Below, piece by piece: positions 20,284 to 30,247 of a stretch of DNA of 64,000 nt (position 1 is the first letter of the stretch; every line of letters starts with the position of its first letter). This DNA comes from Nitrospirota bacterium. Lineage in GTDB: Bacteria; Nitrospirota; Nitrospiria; 2-01-FULL-66-17. The stretch lies in contig JBMOMC010000007.1 in the NCBI GenBank assembly GCA_049325335.1, forward strand, positions 128,170-192,169, read 5' to 3'. The position numbers and the translations under genes were made by a program. The notes under the pieces were generated by a model. That model did no database searches. It was not told the DNA's origin and saw nothing but the letters and a program-made list of their open reading frames with translations.

Positions 20284-22290
20284 TTAGGCGGCCAGGGGAA
20301 GGGCGGTTGAACGACGGCACACGGCTTCATCGATCAACGCCCCGACGTCGAGCACCAGAATGGTCTTTCGATTCCCCAGTTCAGTGGCGCCGGCAACGCC
20401 GGGGATACCTTGGAGCAGTGAGCCAATGGATTTGATGACGATTTCCTGCTGCCCATAAATCGTATCCACGACCAACCCCAACCGCTTTTCCGCCAACCCG
20501 ACGACGATGATGTACAGGCGGCTGTCCCCGTTCCGGGCCGGCTCGACGCCGAACAGATCGCTAAGCCGCAGGAGCGATAAGGTGTGGTCGCGTAGGTGTA
20601 TGACGGGCCGGCCCCCGATCGTGACCACTTGGCTGGATTCGATCATGACGCTTTCGGACACCGCGCTGATGGGGATCGCGTAGGTCTGCGTCCCCACGCC
20701 CACGATCAACGCCTTGATGATCACCAATGTGATCGGCAGCGTCAACACGAAGCTCGTCCCCTGGCCGAGCTCCGTATCGACCTCAACGATCCCGTTGAGC
20801 TTGGCGATATGCCGGGCCACCACGTCGAGGCCGACCCCCCGCCCGGAGAGTTCGGTCACGGCCTCGGCGGTGGAGAACCCGGGTTGGAAGAGAAAGTCGA
20901 TGATCTCTTTGTTGGTATAGTCCCGGTCCGGCTCCGCGATGTGATTGGCAAGCGCCTTCTCGCGCACTTTCGCCAGGTTCACGCCCGCACCGTCGTCCGA
21001 GACCGTGATGGTCACGGTATGGCCCTTGTGGGCCGCGCTCAGATGGATCGTCCCCACCTCCGGCTTGCCGCGGCGACGGCGTTCCTCGCACGGCTCGATC
21101 CCGTGATCGAGGGCATTGCGGATCAAGTGCAACAACGGATCCGCGATCGCCTCGACCATGGATTTGTCGAGTTTGGTTTCCTCGCCGGACGTCGTGACCT
21201 GAATCTCCTTGCCCAAGTCCCGGGAGATTTTTTTGATCGCGCGCACGGAGCGATCGAACAACTGCGCCACCGGGATCATGCGGATTTCAATCAACCCTTC
21301 CTGCAGCCCGGACACGCGGTGTTCCAAGGCTTGGGCGGCCTTATGTAATTCCATCGCGGGGCCCACCAACCCCCCATTTTGGAGCAGGTCTCGCGCGATC
21401 TGGACGATCACCGACTTGGAGAGCACCAGCTCCCCCAGCATATTCAACAAAGCGTCGAGTTTGACGATGTCCACCCGGATCGTTTGGCTGAGGCTGCGGG
21501 TCGACGGCGAGTCCGATTCACCGGCGGGTGCGGCCTTTGTCGGCGTCGGCTCCGCGCCGCCCAGTTGCACGATGTCGGCGCGATCCTCGGCCAGCAACCG
21601 CGTCAACGCGTCCCGGTCCTGCGCGGTGCCGACCAAAAGCGTAAACGCGATCCCGGCCTCCGGCGACACTCCGGAGCTGGGCAACGTGGAAATCACTTCC
21701 CCCACGCCCTGGAGTTTCGCGGTCAGACTCGACAGGGACTTGTCGAAATCTTCGAACCGGAAACGGACGCGGATCTCGAACAACCGATGGTTGGCCTTGA
21801 TGTTTTCCTGAAGGCGATGTTGTTCGTACTCGGTGAGGACTTGGAGAATTTCGGGATCAACCCCGGACTTCTCGGTGGACGGCGCCGCGGCGGGCGCCCC
21901 GTTCACGGCCTCGCGGAGGCGCGCCGCCAGCCCCGACGTATCCGGCGGCACCTGGTCCGATGACGCGGCGGCGATCAACTGGGCCAACGCCTCGACGCCG
22001 TCGCCCAAGAGATCCGCGAGATTTCGACTCATCCCGAGTTTGCCCATGCGCAGCCGGTCCATCAGGTCTTCCAGCGAATGGGCTAGGTCCGACACCGCGG
22101 TCAACCCCATCACCCCGGACATCCCCTTGAGGGTGTGGGCCGCGCGAAACAACGCGTTGAGCGATTCCGGACTGATCGAGTCGGGCGATTGCTCGATCCG
22201 ATCCAGATGGCGGCGGAGGGTATCGAGGAGTTCGTCGGACTCGGCGAGGAACTCTCGAAGCGTGTCGTCCTTGTTCCGGCGATCCATCAC
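20284..22290 (-). CDS. cheA: chemotaxis histidine kinase CheA
   Basis: P1/Hpt (AAHTLKGMSGVMGL), dimerisation region, HATPase (DHGIEPCEERRRRGKPEVGTIHLSA...DDGAGVNL...GRGVGLDVV) and C-terminal CheW-like P5. No fused receiver domain. Confidence 0.9.
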   Translation of the reverse strand: MMDRRNKDDTLREFLAESDELLDTLRRHLDRIEQSPDSISPESLNALFRAAHTLKGMSGVMGLTAVSDLAHSLEDLMDRLRMGKLGMSRNLADLLGDGVEALAQLIAAASSDQVPPDTSGLAARLREAVNGAPAAAPSTEKSGVDPEILQVLTEYEQHRLQENIKANHRLFEIRVRFRFEDFDKSLSSLTAKLQGVGEVISTLPSSGVSPEAGIAFTLLVGTAQDRDALTRLLAEDRADIVQLGGAEPTPTKAAPAGESDSPSTRSLSQTIRVDIVKLDALLNMLGELVLSKSVIVQIARDLLQNGGLVGPAMELHKAAQALEHRVSGLQEGLIEIRMIPVAQLFDRSVRAIKKISRDLGKEIQVTTSGEETKLDKSMVEAIADPLLHLIRNALDHGIEPCEERRRRGKPEVGTIHLSAAHKGHTVTITVSDDGAGVNLAKVREKALANHIAEPDRDYTNKEIIDFLFQPGFSTAEAVTELSGRGVGLDVVARHIAKLNGIVEVDTELGQGTSFVLTLPITLVIIKALIVGVGTQTYAIPISAVSESVMIESSQVVTIGGRPVIHLRDHTLSLLRLSDLFGVEPARNGDSRLYIIVVGLAEKRLGLVVDTIYGQQEIVIKSIGSLLQGIPGVAGATELGNRKTILVLDVGALIDEAVCRRSTALPLAA

Positions 22291-22658
22291 CCGGACCCGA
22301 TCAACCGTTGGATCGTGGACTGCAGATGTTGGGGCTCGAACGGCTTCTTCACGTATGCGGACGCTCCCAAGTTGAGCCCCCGCCGCACGTCTTCGTCGCT
22401 GCCCTCCGTGGACACGATGACCATCGGGATCGATTTATACTCCGGGTGGTGTTTCACGAAATGCACGATCTCCAGACCGTTGATGTCCGGCATATTGATG
22501 TCGGTGACGATCAGGTCGAGCGCCTGCTGCGGGATGCGTTTGAGGGCTTCGAACCCGTTGGGGGCTTCGATGGTTTCGAACCCCTCCATCTCCTCGATAG
22601 CGGAGACGATCAGCGCGCGCGTGGTGGGCGAATCATCCACCACCAACACGCGTTTCAT
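22287..22658 (-). CDS. cheY: CheY-like single-domain response regulator
   Basis: MKRVLVVDDSPTTR...LIVTDINMPDINGLEI...PMVIVSTEG...AYVKKPF: complete receiver signature. Overlaps the cheA start by 4 nt. The ORF is open to 22676. Confidence 0.85.
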   Translation of the reverse strand: MKRVLVVDDSPTTRALIVSAIEEMEGFETIEAPNGFEALKRIPQQALDLIVTDINMPDINGLEIVHFVKHHPEYKSIPMVIVSTEGSDEDVRRGLNLGASAYVKKPFEPQHLQSTIQRLIGSG

Positions 22659-22698
22659 GTCGGTCCGTTTTTGCACGCGGCTGAGTATAGCATAGGGT

Positions 22699-23895
22699 TT
22701 AAGAATCGCCCGTTCTGGTCCGCTGAATTTGTTGTTGCAACAACGTCTTGCCGAGGGAAACGGCCGCGACGCGAAGAAACGCCTCCAGCCCCCCGGTCTC
22801 GCCGATCGGCGTCTGGTGCGGGAGATTGTCCCCGTACAAGAAGGCGACCACCCGCTCCGCGCTCACGATGGGCGCGAGATAACTTTCCTGCGGCCAGTGT
22901 CCGCCCAGGCGCTCCATGACCATCCGATTGCCGGAGAGATCGGGCCAAGCGCCCTTGAGCGCGGAGCGGCTGTCCGCGACCGCTCTGAACGACGACGCGT
23001 CGGTCAGCGGCACGACGATGGACCGGACCACCTCGTCGGGCGAGCCCTCCGTCACCTCCACGCCGAACTGTCCCCACCCGCCGACCGCGTCGCCTCGCAC
23101 CAAAAAAATGACCGATCGATTCATCAACTCGCCGGCAAACCGCAGCATCATCAGGAAGACGTCGTGGCCGGACACCGCCCCGCCGAGCTCTTCGATCATG
23201 GCCGGCAACAACGATAAATCCTTTCTCGGAATTTCTGCGCGATCCCCCAATACCGCGGCCCCCAACGCGTCGTCCGACACCAGGCCCGCCAGGCTTTCCG
23301 GGTCCGGTGTTTCGATCGCCGGGTGCGACATCGGGGTGGACTCGTCCAGGCCCGCGAACGAGTCCTCGGCGCCGGAGGATTCGTCGAGGACCAGGTCATC
23401 CCCGACTCCGCCCCCGGATTCGTCCTCGAGCCGGGCGCCTTCCAACAGCAGAAACTCGGCGCTGATGCCTGCGTTCATCAACACGCCGTCCTCGGAAAAT
23501 TTCCCCAACGTGAACTGAAAGGTCCCGGTTCGCCAGCCCAGCAGATCACGCACCACGTCGATGATGTGCAGGCGTAATTCGCTCTCCACTTGCTCCGGGC
23601 TCATCGAGCCCATTTCCACCAAGATCGTGCCGATGGGCTTCTTGACGGTGCGGACCTTTTGGATGCCGAGCGCTCGTTCGAGGTCCGCGCGCGTGATCAG
23701 GTTCTTCTGGACCAGCACGTAGCCGAACCGGCTCTTATTGTCGGAACTGGCGTAAGTCACGTTGCCTTGGTTGAAGACCACGCGCCCCATGCCGTCCTTT
23801 TTAATGAGCGTCAACACGCCCGAGCGTTTGCTCAGGTTGATGATTTGAAAAATATCCGGTAAGCCGAGGTCTTCGAGACGACCCTCAAGGCTCAT
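22699..23895 (-). CDS. DUF4388 (PATAN-like) N-terminal domain protein with C-terminal GAF-like region
   Basis: N-terminus LEGRLEDLGLPDIFQIINLSKRSGVLTLIKKDGMGRVVFNQGNV matches the DUF4388/PATAN pattern. The C-terminal ~150 aa look like an alpha/beta sensory fold. Overlaps the purS stop by 4 nt. Confidence 0.55.
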   Translation of the reverse strand: MSLEGRLEDLGLPDIFQIINLSKRSGVLTLIKKDGMGRVVFNQGNVTYASSDNKSRFGYVLVQKNLITRADLERALGIQKVRTVKKPIGTILVEMGSMSPEQVESELRLHIIDVVRDLLGWRTGTFQFTLGKFSEDGVLMNAGISAEFLLLEGARLEDESGGGVGDDLVLDESSGAEDSFAGLDESTPMSHPAIETPDPESLAGLVSDDALGAAVLGDRAEIPRKDLSLLPAMIEELGGAVSGHDVFLMMLRFAGELMNRSVIFLVRGDAVGGWGQFGVEVTEGSPDEVVRSIVVPLTDASSFRAVADSRSALKGAWPDLSGNRMVMERLGGHWPQESYLAPIVSAERVVAFLYGDNLPHQTPIGETGGLEAFLRVAAVSLGKTLLQQQIQRTRTGDS

Positions 23896-24173
23896 GGCCC
23901 CTTGGGTGTGGGCTGGTCAGAGGCCTCGGCGCCGTCGAGCACCTCATAGCGGTAGTCCTCAATGACGGGATTAGCCAAGAGGCGCCGGCACATGTCCTCA
24001 ACCCGTCGTTCCGCGGTGGATCGGTCGGTGGTCCGCAAGTCGATATCGATCAGTTTCCCGATGCGCACGCCGCTCACGTCGTCAAATCCCAATCCGGCCA
24101 ACGAGCGCGCCACGGCGTCGCCTTGCGGATCCAAAATCCCTCGTCGATACGTCACGTAGACCCGAGCCTTCAC
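23892..24173 (-). CDS. purS: phosphoribosylformylglycinamidine synthase subunit PurS
   Basis: MKARVYVTYRRGILDPQGDAVARSLAGLGFDDVSGVRIGKLIDIDL...: PurS family, ~90 aa. Confidence 0.85.
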   Translation of the reverse strand: MKARVYVTYRRGILDPQGDAVARSLAGLGFDDVSGVRIGKLIDIDLRTTDRSTAERRVEDMCRRLLANPVIEDYRYEVLDGAEASDQPTPKGP

Positions 24174-24300
24174 GTCGCCTCCCCGCCCGTCGCGTCCGCC
24201 ACGAAGGAAGGCCGGCCATCACCTCGGCGCAGAACGCAGCTAATACTAACGCACCCGCCCGCAACCGGCAAGGCGGCCCCGGCGAGATGTCGCGGACCGC

Positions 24301-25602
24301 TCACGCGGCGCCTCCGAACACCCGCTGGAAAATCACATCGGTATGCCGAAGAAAATAGCCCGGGTCAAAGCACCCCTCCAACGCCTCCGGCCGGAGGCGC
24401 GCGGCGACTGCGGGATCGGCGCGAACCAAATCCGTAAAGCGCCCTCCCCCGTTCCACGCCCGCATCGCCAACCCCTGGACCAGGGCGTACGCCTCCTCGC
24501 GAACCATGCCCGCGTCCACCAACGACAACATCACCCGTTGGGAATACACCAACCCGCCAGTCTGGTCCAGGTTGCGCCGCATCCGATCCGGATACACCTG
24601 CAGCCGCTCCAGCAGGGTCGCGAACCGATCCAACATGTAGTCAAGCAGGATCGTGGAATCGGGCAGGATAATCCGCTCCACCGAGGAATGCGAGATATCC
24701 CGCTCGTGCCACAGTGCCACGTTGTCCAACGCGGCCTGCACGTTGGCCTTGATCACCCGGGCCAGGCCGGAGATGTTTTCCGACGCGATCGGGTTGCGTT
24801 TGTGCGGCATGCTGGACGAGCCTTTTTGTCCGGCCGCGAAGTACTCTTCGGCCTCTAACACCTCGGTCCGTTGTAGGTGGCGAATTTCCACCGCGAACTT
24901 TTCCAAACTCGCGGCGATCAACCCGATCACGGTCATATACGCGGCGTGTCGGTCGCGTTGAATGATCTGATTGGACACCGGGTCCGGCGCCAGCCCAAGG
25001 CGTTCGCACACCCGGGACTCGATCGCCGGGGGGAGATGGGCGAAGGTCCCCATGCTGCCCGAGAGTTTGCCGACCCGGATCTCTTCCTCCACGTGGTCCA
25101 ACCGCCGCGCATGGCGCGTCACCTCGTCGTACCAAATCGCCAGTTTCAGTCCGAAGGTAATGGGCTCGCCGTGGACGCCGTGCGAGCGGCCGATCATCAC
25201 GGTCCCGCGATGGCGGTGGGCGAGGTCCCGCAGCACCCACCGCAGGCGGGACACGTCCTCGCGGAGGATGGCGGTCGCTTCCACGAGGGTGAGGGCGAGC
25301 GCGGTATCCAAGATATCGGACGACGTGAGGCCTTCGTGGAGAAACCGGCCCTCGGGACCGACGGTTTCGGCCACCGCGTTCACGAACGCCAACACGTCGT
25401 GCTGGGTGGTGCGCTCCAACTCTTCGATCCGGGCCTCGTCCACCTTCGCGTTGGAGCGAATCGCCTCCGCCGCGGCCCGAGGAATTCGCCCGTGCTCCGC
25501 CATCGCGTCGCACGCGGCCAGTTCCACCTTCAGCCACGTGTCATATTTGTGCGACGGACTCCACAGCCCCTTCATGGCGGGCCGACTATACCGATCAATC
25601 AC
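24301..25602 (-). CDS. purB: adenylosuccinate lyase
   Basis: VIDRYSRPAMKGLWSPSHKYDTWLKVELAACDAMAEHGRIP (cf. B. subtilis MIERYSRPEM...) and fumarate-lyase signature GSSSMPHKRNP. Start assigned to the GTG at 25602. Confidence 0.9.
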   Translation of the reverse strand: MIDRYSRPAMKGLWSPSHKYDTWLKVELAACDAMAEHGRIPRAAAEAIRSNAKVDEARIEELERTTQHDVLAFVNAVAETVGPEGRFLHEGLTSSDILDTALALTLVEATAILREDVSRLRWVLRDLAHRHRGTVMIGRSHGVHGEPITFGLKLAIWYDEVTRHARRLDHVEEEIRVGKLSGSMGTFAHLPPAIESRVCERLGLAPDPVSNQIIQRDRHAAYMTVIGLIAASLEKFAVEIRHLQRTEVLEAEEYFAAGQKGSSSMPHKRNPIASENISGLARVIKANVQAALDNVALWHERDISHSSVERIILPDSTILLDYMLDRFATLLERLQVYPDRMRRNLDQTGGLVYSQRVMLSLVDAGMVREEAYALVQGLAMRAWNGGGRFTDLVRADPAVAARLRPEALEGCFDPGYFLRHTDVIFQRVFGGAA

Positions 25603-25621
25603 CGTCCGACCTCCCCACGCG

Positions 25622-26122
25622 TCACACGCCCATGTCCCGCAGACGCTGCTCGATGTGGTGCGGCTGGCACCCTTTCGGCGCCACGAACGCGAGTTCAATC
25701 CCGTTTTGGGATTGCCCCTGCAACCACGCCTTCAAAAACGTCCGCGCCGCGATCACCGGGTCGAAGTGGCCCGCGTGCGCCCCGAACAACTCCACGGCCG
25801 CGACCTTGACCTGCAAGGCTTCCAACACCGGTCGCAGCGCGTCGGCGACCTGATGGAGCACCAGATAGGTATAGTCGGACGCGCGCCCCAACCCCACGCA
25901 CAACACGCGCGGCGTGGAAAACGTGGGCACGGAGAGCAACGCGGTTTCACCGAGGTGACCCTGCACCCGGCCGTCCACGATCAACCGCGAGAGCTTGCCG
26001 CCGGCCAGCCAGTCCACCTGCCCCGCCAGACCGTGCGGCGGTCGCACGTCCTCAAAAAACCCCGTCACCAACACGTCGGCGCAGACCCGCGCCGCGGGGT
26101 CAGCGAGGACCGTCGCCCGCAT
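25622..26122 (-). CDS. stand-alone leucyl-aminopeptidase (M17) N-terminal-domain-like protein; no catalytic domain
   Basis: ADVLVTGFFEDVRPPHGLAGQVDWLAGGKLSRLIVDGRVQGHLGETALLSVPTFSTPRVLCVGLGRASD aligns with the PepA N-domain (ACIVVGVFE...GKPGQTLLL...RILLIGCGKE). The protein ends after ~166 aa. Confidence 0.5.
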   Translation of the reverse strand: MRATVLADPAARVCADVLVTGFFEDVRPPHGLAGQVDWLAGGKLSRLIVDGRVQGHLGETALLSVPTFSTPRVLCVGLGRASDYTYLVLHQVADALRPVLEALQVKVAAVELFGAHAGHFDPVIAARTFLKAWLQGQSQNGIELAFVAPKGCQPHHIEQRLRDMGV

Positions 26123-26582
26123 GGGTTTGTTCGCCGGAGCGGACCGGCACCGCGGGATCGTGTTTCGCGATGTGATCCAAAATCCCGTTGACGAAGGCCC
26201 CGGACTCGTCGGTGCCGTACTTCTTAGCGATTTCAATCGCCTCGTTCAACACCACGCGCTCCGGCACGTCGCGCGCGTACAGCAATTCGTACACGGCCAG
26301 GCGAAGCACGTTGCGGTCCACCGTCGCCATCCGGTCCATCGACCAATGCGTGGCGTGGCGAGTCACCAACGCGTCGATCGTCGCTCGATGTTCGTCCACC
26401 CCGCGCACCAAGGACTCCGCAAACGCCTGAACCTCGGGAGTCGCGCGGCGCTCCGCCCAAAACTCCGCCATCTCTCGCGCCCGACGCGCGACGTCGTCCG
26501 GGGCCGCCGAGGTTAAATCGGTCCCGAACAACACCTGCAACGCGTACTCCCGCCCTTTTCGACGAAATCCCACCGCGATTAC
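26100..26582 (-). CDS. nusB: transcription antitermination factor NusB
   Basis: REYALQVLFGTD...DRNVLRLAVYELLYARDVPERVVLNEAIEIAKKYGTDESGAFVNGILD. Downstream of ribH, as in many bacteria. Confidence 0.85.
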   Translation of the reverse strand, partial: VIAVGFRRKGREYALQVLFGTDLTSAAPDDVARRAREMAEFWAERRATPEVQAFAESLVRGVDEHRATIDALVTRHATHWSMDRMATVDRNVLRLAVYELLYARDVPERVVLNEAIEIAKKYGTDESGAFVNGILDHIAKHDPAVPVRSGEQTHAGDGPR

Positions 26583-27091
26583 TCCTTCGCGCGCAACCGT
26601 CTCGCCAACAACGCCATGTCCAAGGCGGTTCGCGCTGATTCGGCCCCGCAATTACGCCCCGACGGGTCGGCCCGCTCCTCGGCCTGCGCCGCCGTATCCG
26701 TGGTCAACACGCCGAACACCACCGGACGTCCCTCCCGCAATCCCACGTCCATGATGCCGCGCGACGCGGCGTGCGAGATGAACTCAAAGTGGGGCGTGTC
26801 GCCCCGGATCACGGCACCCAAACAAATGACCGCGTCGTACCGCCCCGCGCGACACAACCATTGCGCCGCCAGCGGCAACTCGAACGCGCCCGGCACGTAC
26901 ACCACGGACACGGCGCGTTGATCCACGCCGCCGGCGACGAGCGCCGCGCGCGCCGCGCGGACCAGACGAGCGGTGATGACCGCGTTGAATCGGCTGGCCG
27001 CGATCGCCACGCGTAAGCCGAGACTCCTCGGCGCCCGGATCGCGGCCCGCGGCCGCCTCCCAGGGCCTTTCACCGCGCGCCGGGCGGTCAT
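26579..27091 (-). CDS. ribH: 6,7-dimethyl-8-ribityllumazine synthase
   Basis: [22 protein letters not shown]...[17 protein letters not shown]...[21 protein letters not shown]. Confidence 0.9.
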   Translation of the reverse strand: MTARRAVKGPGRRPRAAIRAPRSLGLRVAIAASRFNAVITARLVRAARAALVAGGVDQRAVSVVYVPGAFELPLAAQWLCRAGRYDAVICLGAVIRGDTPHFEFISHAASRGIMDVGLREGRPVVFGVLTTDTAAQAEERADPSGRNCGAESARTALDMALLARRLRAKE

Positions 27092-28290
27092 ACCTTATTT
27101 AACATGTGACCGAGCTTTTGTTTCTTGGTCCGGAGGTAGTCGCGATTGCTCTCGTGGGGGTGCGTTTCGATGGGTACGCGTTCGGCCACGGTCAACCCGT
27201 AGCCGTCCAAGCCCACCACTTTGCGCGGGTTATTCGTCATCAACCGAATCCGGCGGACGCCGAGATTCACCAGGATTTGGGCCCCGATCCCGTAGTCGCG
27301 CAGATCGGCCTTGAATCCCAACGCCAGATTCGCCTCCACGGTATCCTGGCCCTGGTCCTGGAGCGCGTAGGCCTTCACCTTGTTGACCAACCCGATGCCG
27401 CGCCCTTCTTGGTTCAAATACAACAACACGCCCGCGCCCTCCTGCTGGATCATGGACATGGCGGCGTGGAGCTGTTCCCCGCAGTCGCACCGCATGGAAC
27501 TGAACACGTCGCCGGTCACGCAGCCCGAATGCACGCGGACCAAGGTCCCGTCGGACCCGCTGATCGTCCCTTTGACCAATGCCATATGGGTCCCGTGATC
27601 GATCGTGTTCTCGTAAACCACGACGCGAAACTCGCCGTACCGTGTCGGCAAGTCCGCCTCCGCGACCCGACGGACGAACGACTCGCGTTGCATCCGGTAC
27701 TCGATCAAATGTTTGATCGTCGTGATCTTGAGACCGTGTCGGCGCGCGAACGCCATCAACTCCGGCACCCGCGCCATGGTCCCATCTTCGTTCATGATCT
27801 CGCAAATCACGCCGGACGGCGTGAGGCCGGACAACCGGGCCAGGTCCACCGAGCCCTCGGTTTGTCCGGCGCGTTTGAGGACCCCGCCGGGTTGCGCGCG
27901 AATCGGGAAAATATGGCCGGGCCGGGCCAGATCCTCCGGTTTGGTGCCGGGATCAACCAGCGCTTGGATCGTCCGCGCGCGGTCGCCCGCCGAAATGCCG
28001 GTGCTCACCCCGGCGCGCGCGTCCACCGACACGGTAAACGCGGTGCCGAACGTGGCAGTGTTTTGCGACGCCATCGGCGTCAACTGCAACGCCTCCGCAC
28101 GCTCCGGCGTCACCGCGACGCAGATCAACCCCCGCGCGTGCCGCGCCATGAAATTGATCGCGTCCGGCGTCACCTTCTCGGCCGCGAGCACGAGATCACC
28201 CTCGTTTTCCCGATCCTCGTCGTCGATGAGGATGATCATCCGCCCGGCCGCGATCTCCGCGATGGCGGATTCGATGGTATCGAAATCCAT
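27088..28290 (-). CDS. ribBA: bifunctional 3,4-dihydroxy-2-butanone-4-phosphate synthase / GTP cyclohydrolase II
   Basis: DHBP-synthase half ([17 protein letters not shown]) plus GCH-II half ([23 protein letters not shown]...[11 protein letters not shown]). Confidence 0.9.
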   Translation of the reverse strand: MDFDTIESAIAEIAAGRMIILIDDEDRENEGDLVLAAEKVTPDAINFMARHARGLICVAVTPERAEALQLTPMASQNTATFGTAFTVSVDARAGVSTGISAGDRARTIQALVDPGTKPEDLARPGHIFPIRAQPGGVLKRAGQTEGSVDLARLSGLTPSGVICEIMNEDGTMARVPELMAFARRHGLKITTIKHLIEYRMQRESFVRRVAEADLPTRYGEFRVVVYENTIDHGTHMALVKGTISGSDGTLVRVHSGCVTGDVFSSMRCDCGEQLHAAMSMIQQEGAGVLLYLNQEGRGIGLVNKVKAYALQDQGQDTVEANLALGFKADLRDYGIGAQILVNLGVRRIRLMTNNPRKVVGLDGYGLTVAERVPIETHPHESNRDYLRTKKQKLGHMLNKV

Positions 28291-28400
28291 TGATTTTTCC
28301 CGATATTTGCCCGAGAAATTCATCTTAGGGAAACCAGCCGGCCTTGTCAATTACCACGCCCGACCGGACACCACGCATACGCACCGCACACGCCGCTCCC

Positions 28401-30230
28401 TCAGGGGAAGCGACCCGCTCCTCCGTCGCGGTCAAGAGCCGACAGTCGTTGGCGCGCGACCTCGATGTGTGGGGCCGTACCCGGTTGACCGGGAGCCAAT
28501 TCCAGAAATTTTTGATACGCCGCGATCGCCGCATCCCGCGCGCCTTGTTCGTCCAAGATGAGCGCCAGGTTCACGTACGGCATCGCGAACAGCGGCGCAA
28601 CGCGGATCGCCGTGCGAAACGCGTCTTCCGCCCGTGCAACCTCGCCGCGCGCGAGATAGAGCTCCCCCAGGCCGTTGTGCAACAGCCCGTTGTCCGGAAC
28701 GCGCTCCAGCGTGCGCAGATACACGTCCTCCGCCGCCGGAGAATACCCGCGGGTGCGATAGATTTGCCCGAGGTTCACGTACACTCCCGCGTTGTACGGA
28801 AAGCGCTCCAACGCGCGGAGATACACGTCCTCCGCCGCCTCAAAATTCCCGCGTACCACATACGCCAGGCCAAGATTGAGGTAGGCCGCTTGATTCCCCG
28901 GCGCACCGGCCAAGACATCCCGCCACAGACTGACCTCGTCCCGCCACACCGGGTTTCGTCCGATCACCGCAACCACCATCGCGGCCAAGAGCGCGATCAC
29001 CCCGAGCCGGCGAAGGCCCACCACCACCGCGCGCGCCCGCGAACGCTCCCAGCACCACGCCAGGAGCGGCCCCGCCGACAACGCCACGGCAACCGCCGAC
29101 AGATACCCTCGATTCTCTTGGTACAAGGCCAACGGCGTAATCACGGTCAGCGCTGCCACCGGGAGCAACGCCGCGGGAAACCAGAGCGCCGCGTAGGCCA
29201 GCACTGGCGCTCGACGCCAAGCACCCACCGCCACGCCGGCCAAACACGCGCACACGGCCACCGCGCCCAACGCCTGGGTCGTCATCGTGCGAATCGGGCC
29301 GAATGCATGGGAAACGGACAGGTCGATCGGGAACAGTTGTCCTCCCAGTGTTTTGGTCACGATCGCGGCAAACGTCAGTCCCACCGTCAACGGGCCTTCG
29401 ACAGATGAAGACGGGATCACGGCCCCCATCATCCGCTGACGCCAGAGCAGATAGACGACCGTTACGACGACGAACGGGACGTACGCCGCCCAAGTGGATC
29501 GATCCTTCCAGGCGCATCGCCGAACAACGACGTCGTATCCCACAAGCAACAACGGCACCATGACCGCGGCTTCTTTCGCCAACAAGGAGGCGGCGTAGGC
29601 CGCGACCGCCCCGCTCAAGGCAAATCGCCGCCCCGTCGTGCGATAGCGGGCGAACGCCCAAACCGCCGCAACCGCTGCAAGGCTATACAACACGGACGAG
29701 CGCGCCGTGATGTAGTTCACAGCTTCGGTCTGGATCGGATGCAGCGCGAACACGGCCGCGCCCCAGAACGCGGAGACGCCGCACCCCAAGAGCTGCCAGA
29801 GGAGCAACGCCGCCATCGCCGACGCCATGACATGGAGCGCAATGTTGACCACGTGATAACCGACCGGATTGTCCTTGCCCCAGGCATAATTCAGGCCGTA
29901 ACTGACCATCACCAACGGCCGATACGAAGGCGTACCTTGCGTATTTCCGATCGTCACAGACTGGAAGTGTTCGGGCAATCGATCAAGCCGGTGGACCGCG
30001 GGGTTCCTCAGAATCATGTTCTCATCGTCGTAATGAAATCCGTTCGGCAGTGAATTGGCATATGCGGCTATCGTGGCAACGAACAGGATCGCCCACGGCC
30101 ACCACGGCAACGGCGGCCGCCACGATTGCGGAGGCTGGGCGGGAGCGCCCCACCGCTCCCACAACCCGGGCGCGCGGGGCGGCGCCCCGGTTGAAACTCC
30201 GACGCGTGACTCGTGCGAGTGTCGGTTCAC
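28401..30230 (-). CDS. multi-pass membrane protein (DUF1736/TMTC-like) with C-terminal TPR repeats
   Basis: About 10 predicted TM helices in the first ~400 aa, then TPR repeats (AAYLNLGLAYVVRGNFEAAEDVYLRALERFPYNAGVYVNLGQIYRTRGY...). Confidence 0.7.
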   Translation of the reverse strand: MNRHSHESRVGVSTGAPPRAPGLWERWGAPAQPPQSWRPPLPWWPWAILFVATIAAYANSLPNGFHYDDENMILRNPAVHRLDRLPEHFQSVTIGNTQGTPSYRPLVMVSYGLNYAWGKDNPVGYHVVNIALHVMASAMAALLLWQLLGCGVSAFWGAAVFALHPIQTEAVNYITARSSVLYSLAAVAAVWAFARYRTTGRRFALSGAVAAYAASLLAKEAAVMVPLLLVGYDVVVRRCAWKDRSTWAAYVPFVVVTVVYLLWRQRMMGAVIPSSSVEGPLTVGLTFAAIVTKTLGGQLFPIDLSVSHAFGPIRTMTTQALGAVAVCACLAGVAVGAWRRAPVLAYAALWFPAALLPVAALTVITPLALYQENRGYLSAVAVALSAGPLLAWCWERSRARAVVVGLRRLGVIALLAAMVVAVIGRNPVWRDEVSLWRDVLAGAPGNQAAYLNLGLAYVVRGNFEAAEDVYLRALERFPYNAGVYVNLGQIYRTRGYSPAAEDVYLRTLERVPDNGLLHNGLGELYLARGEVARAEDAFRTAIRVAPLFAMPYVNLALILDEQGARDAAIAAYQKFLELAPGQPGTAPHIEVARQRLSALDRDGGAGRFP

Positions 30231-30247
30231 CCGAGCGGCGCCAACGG

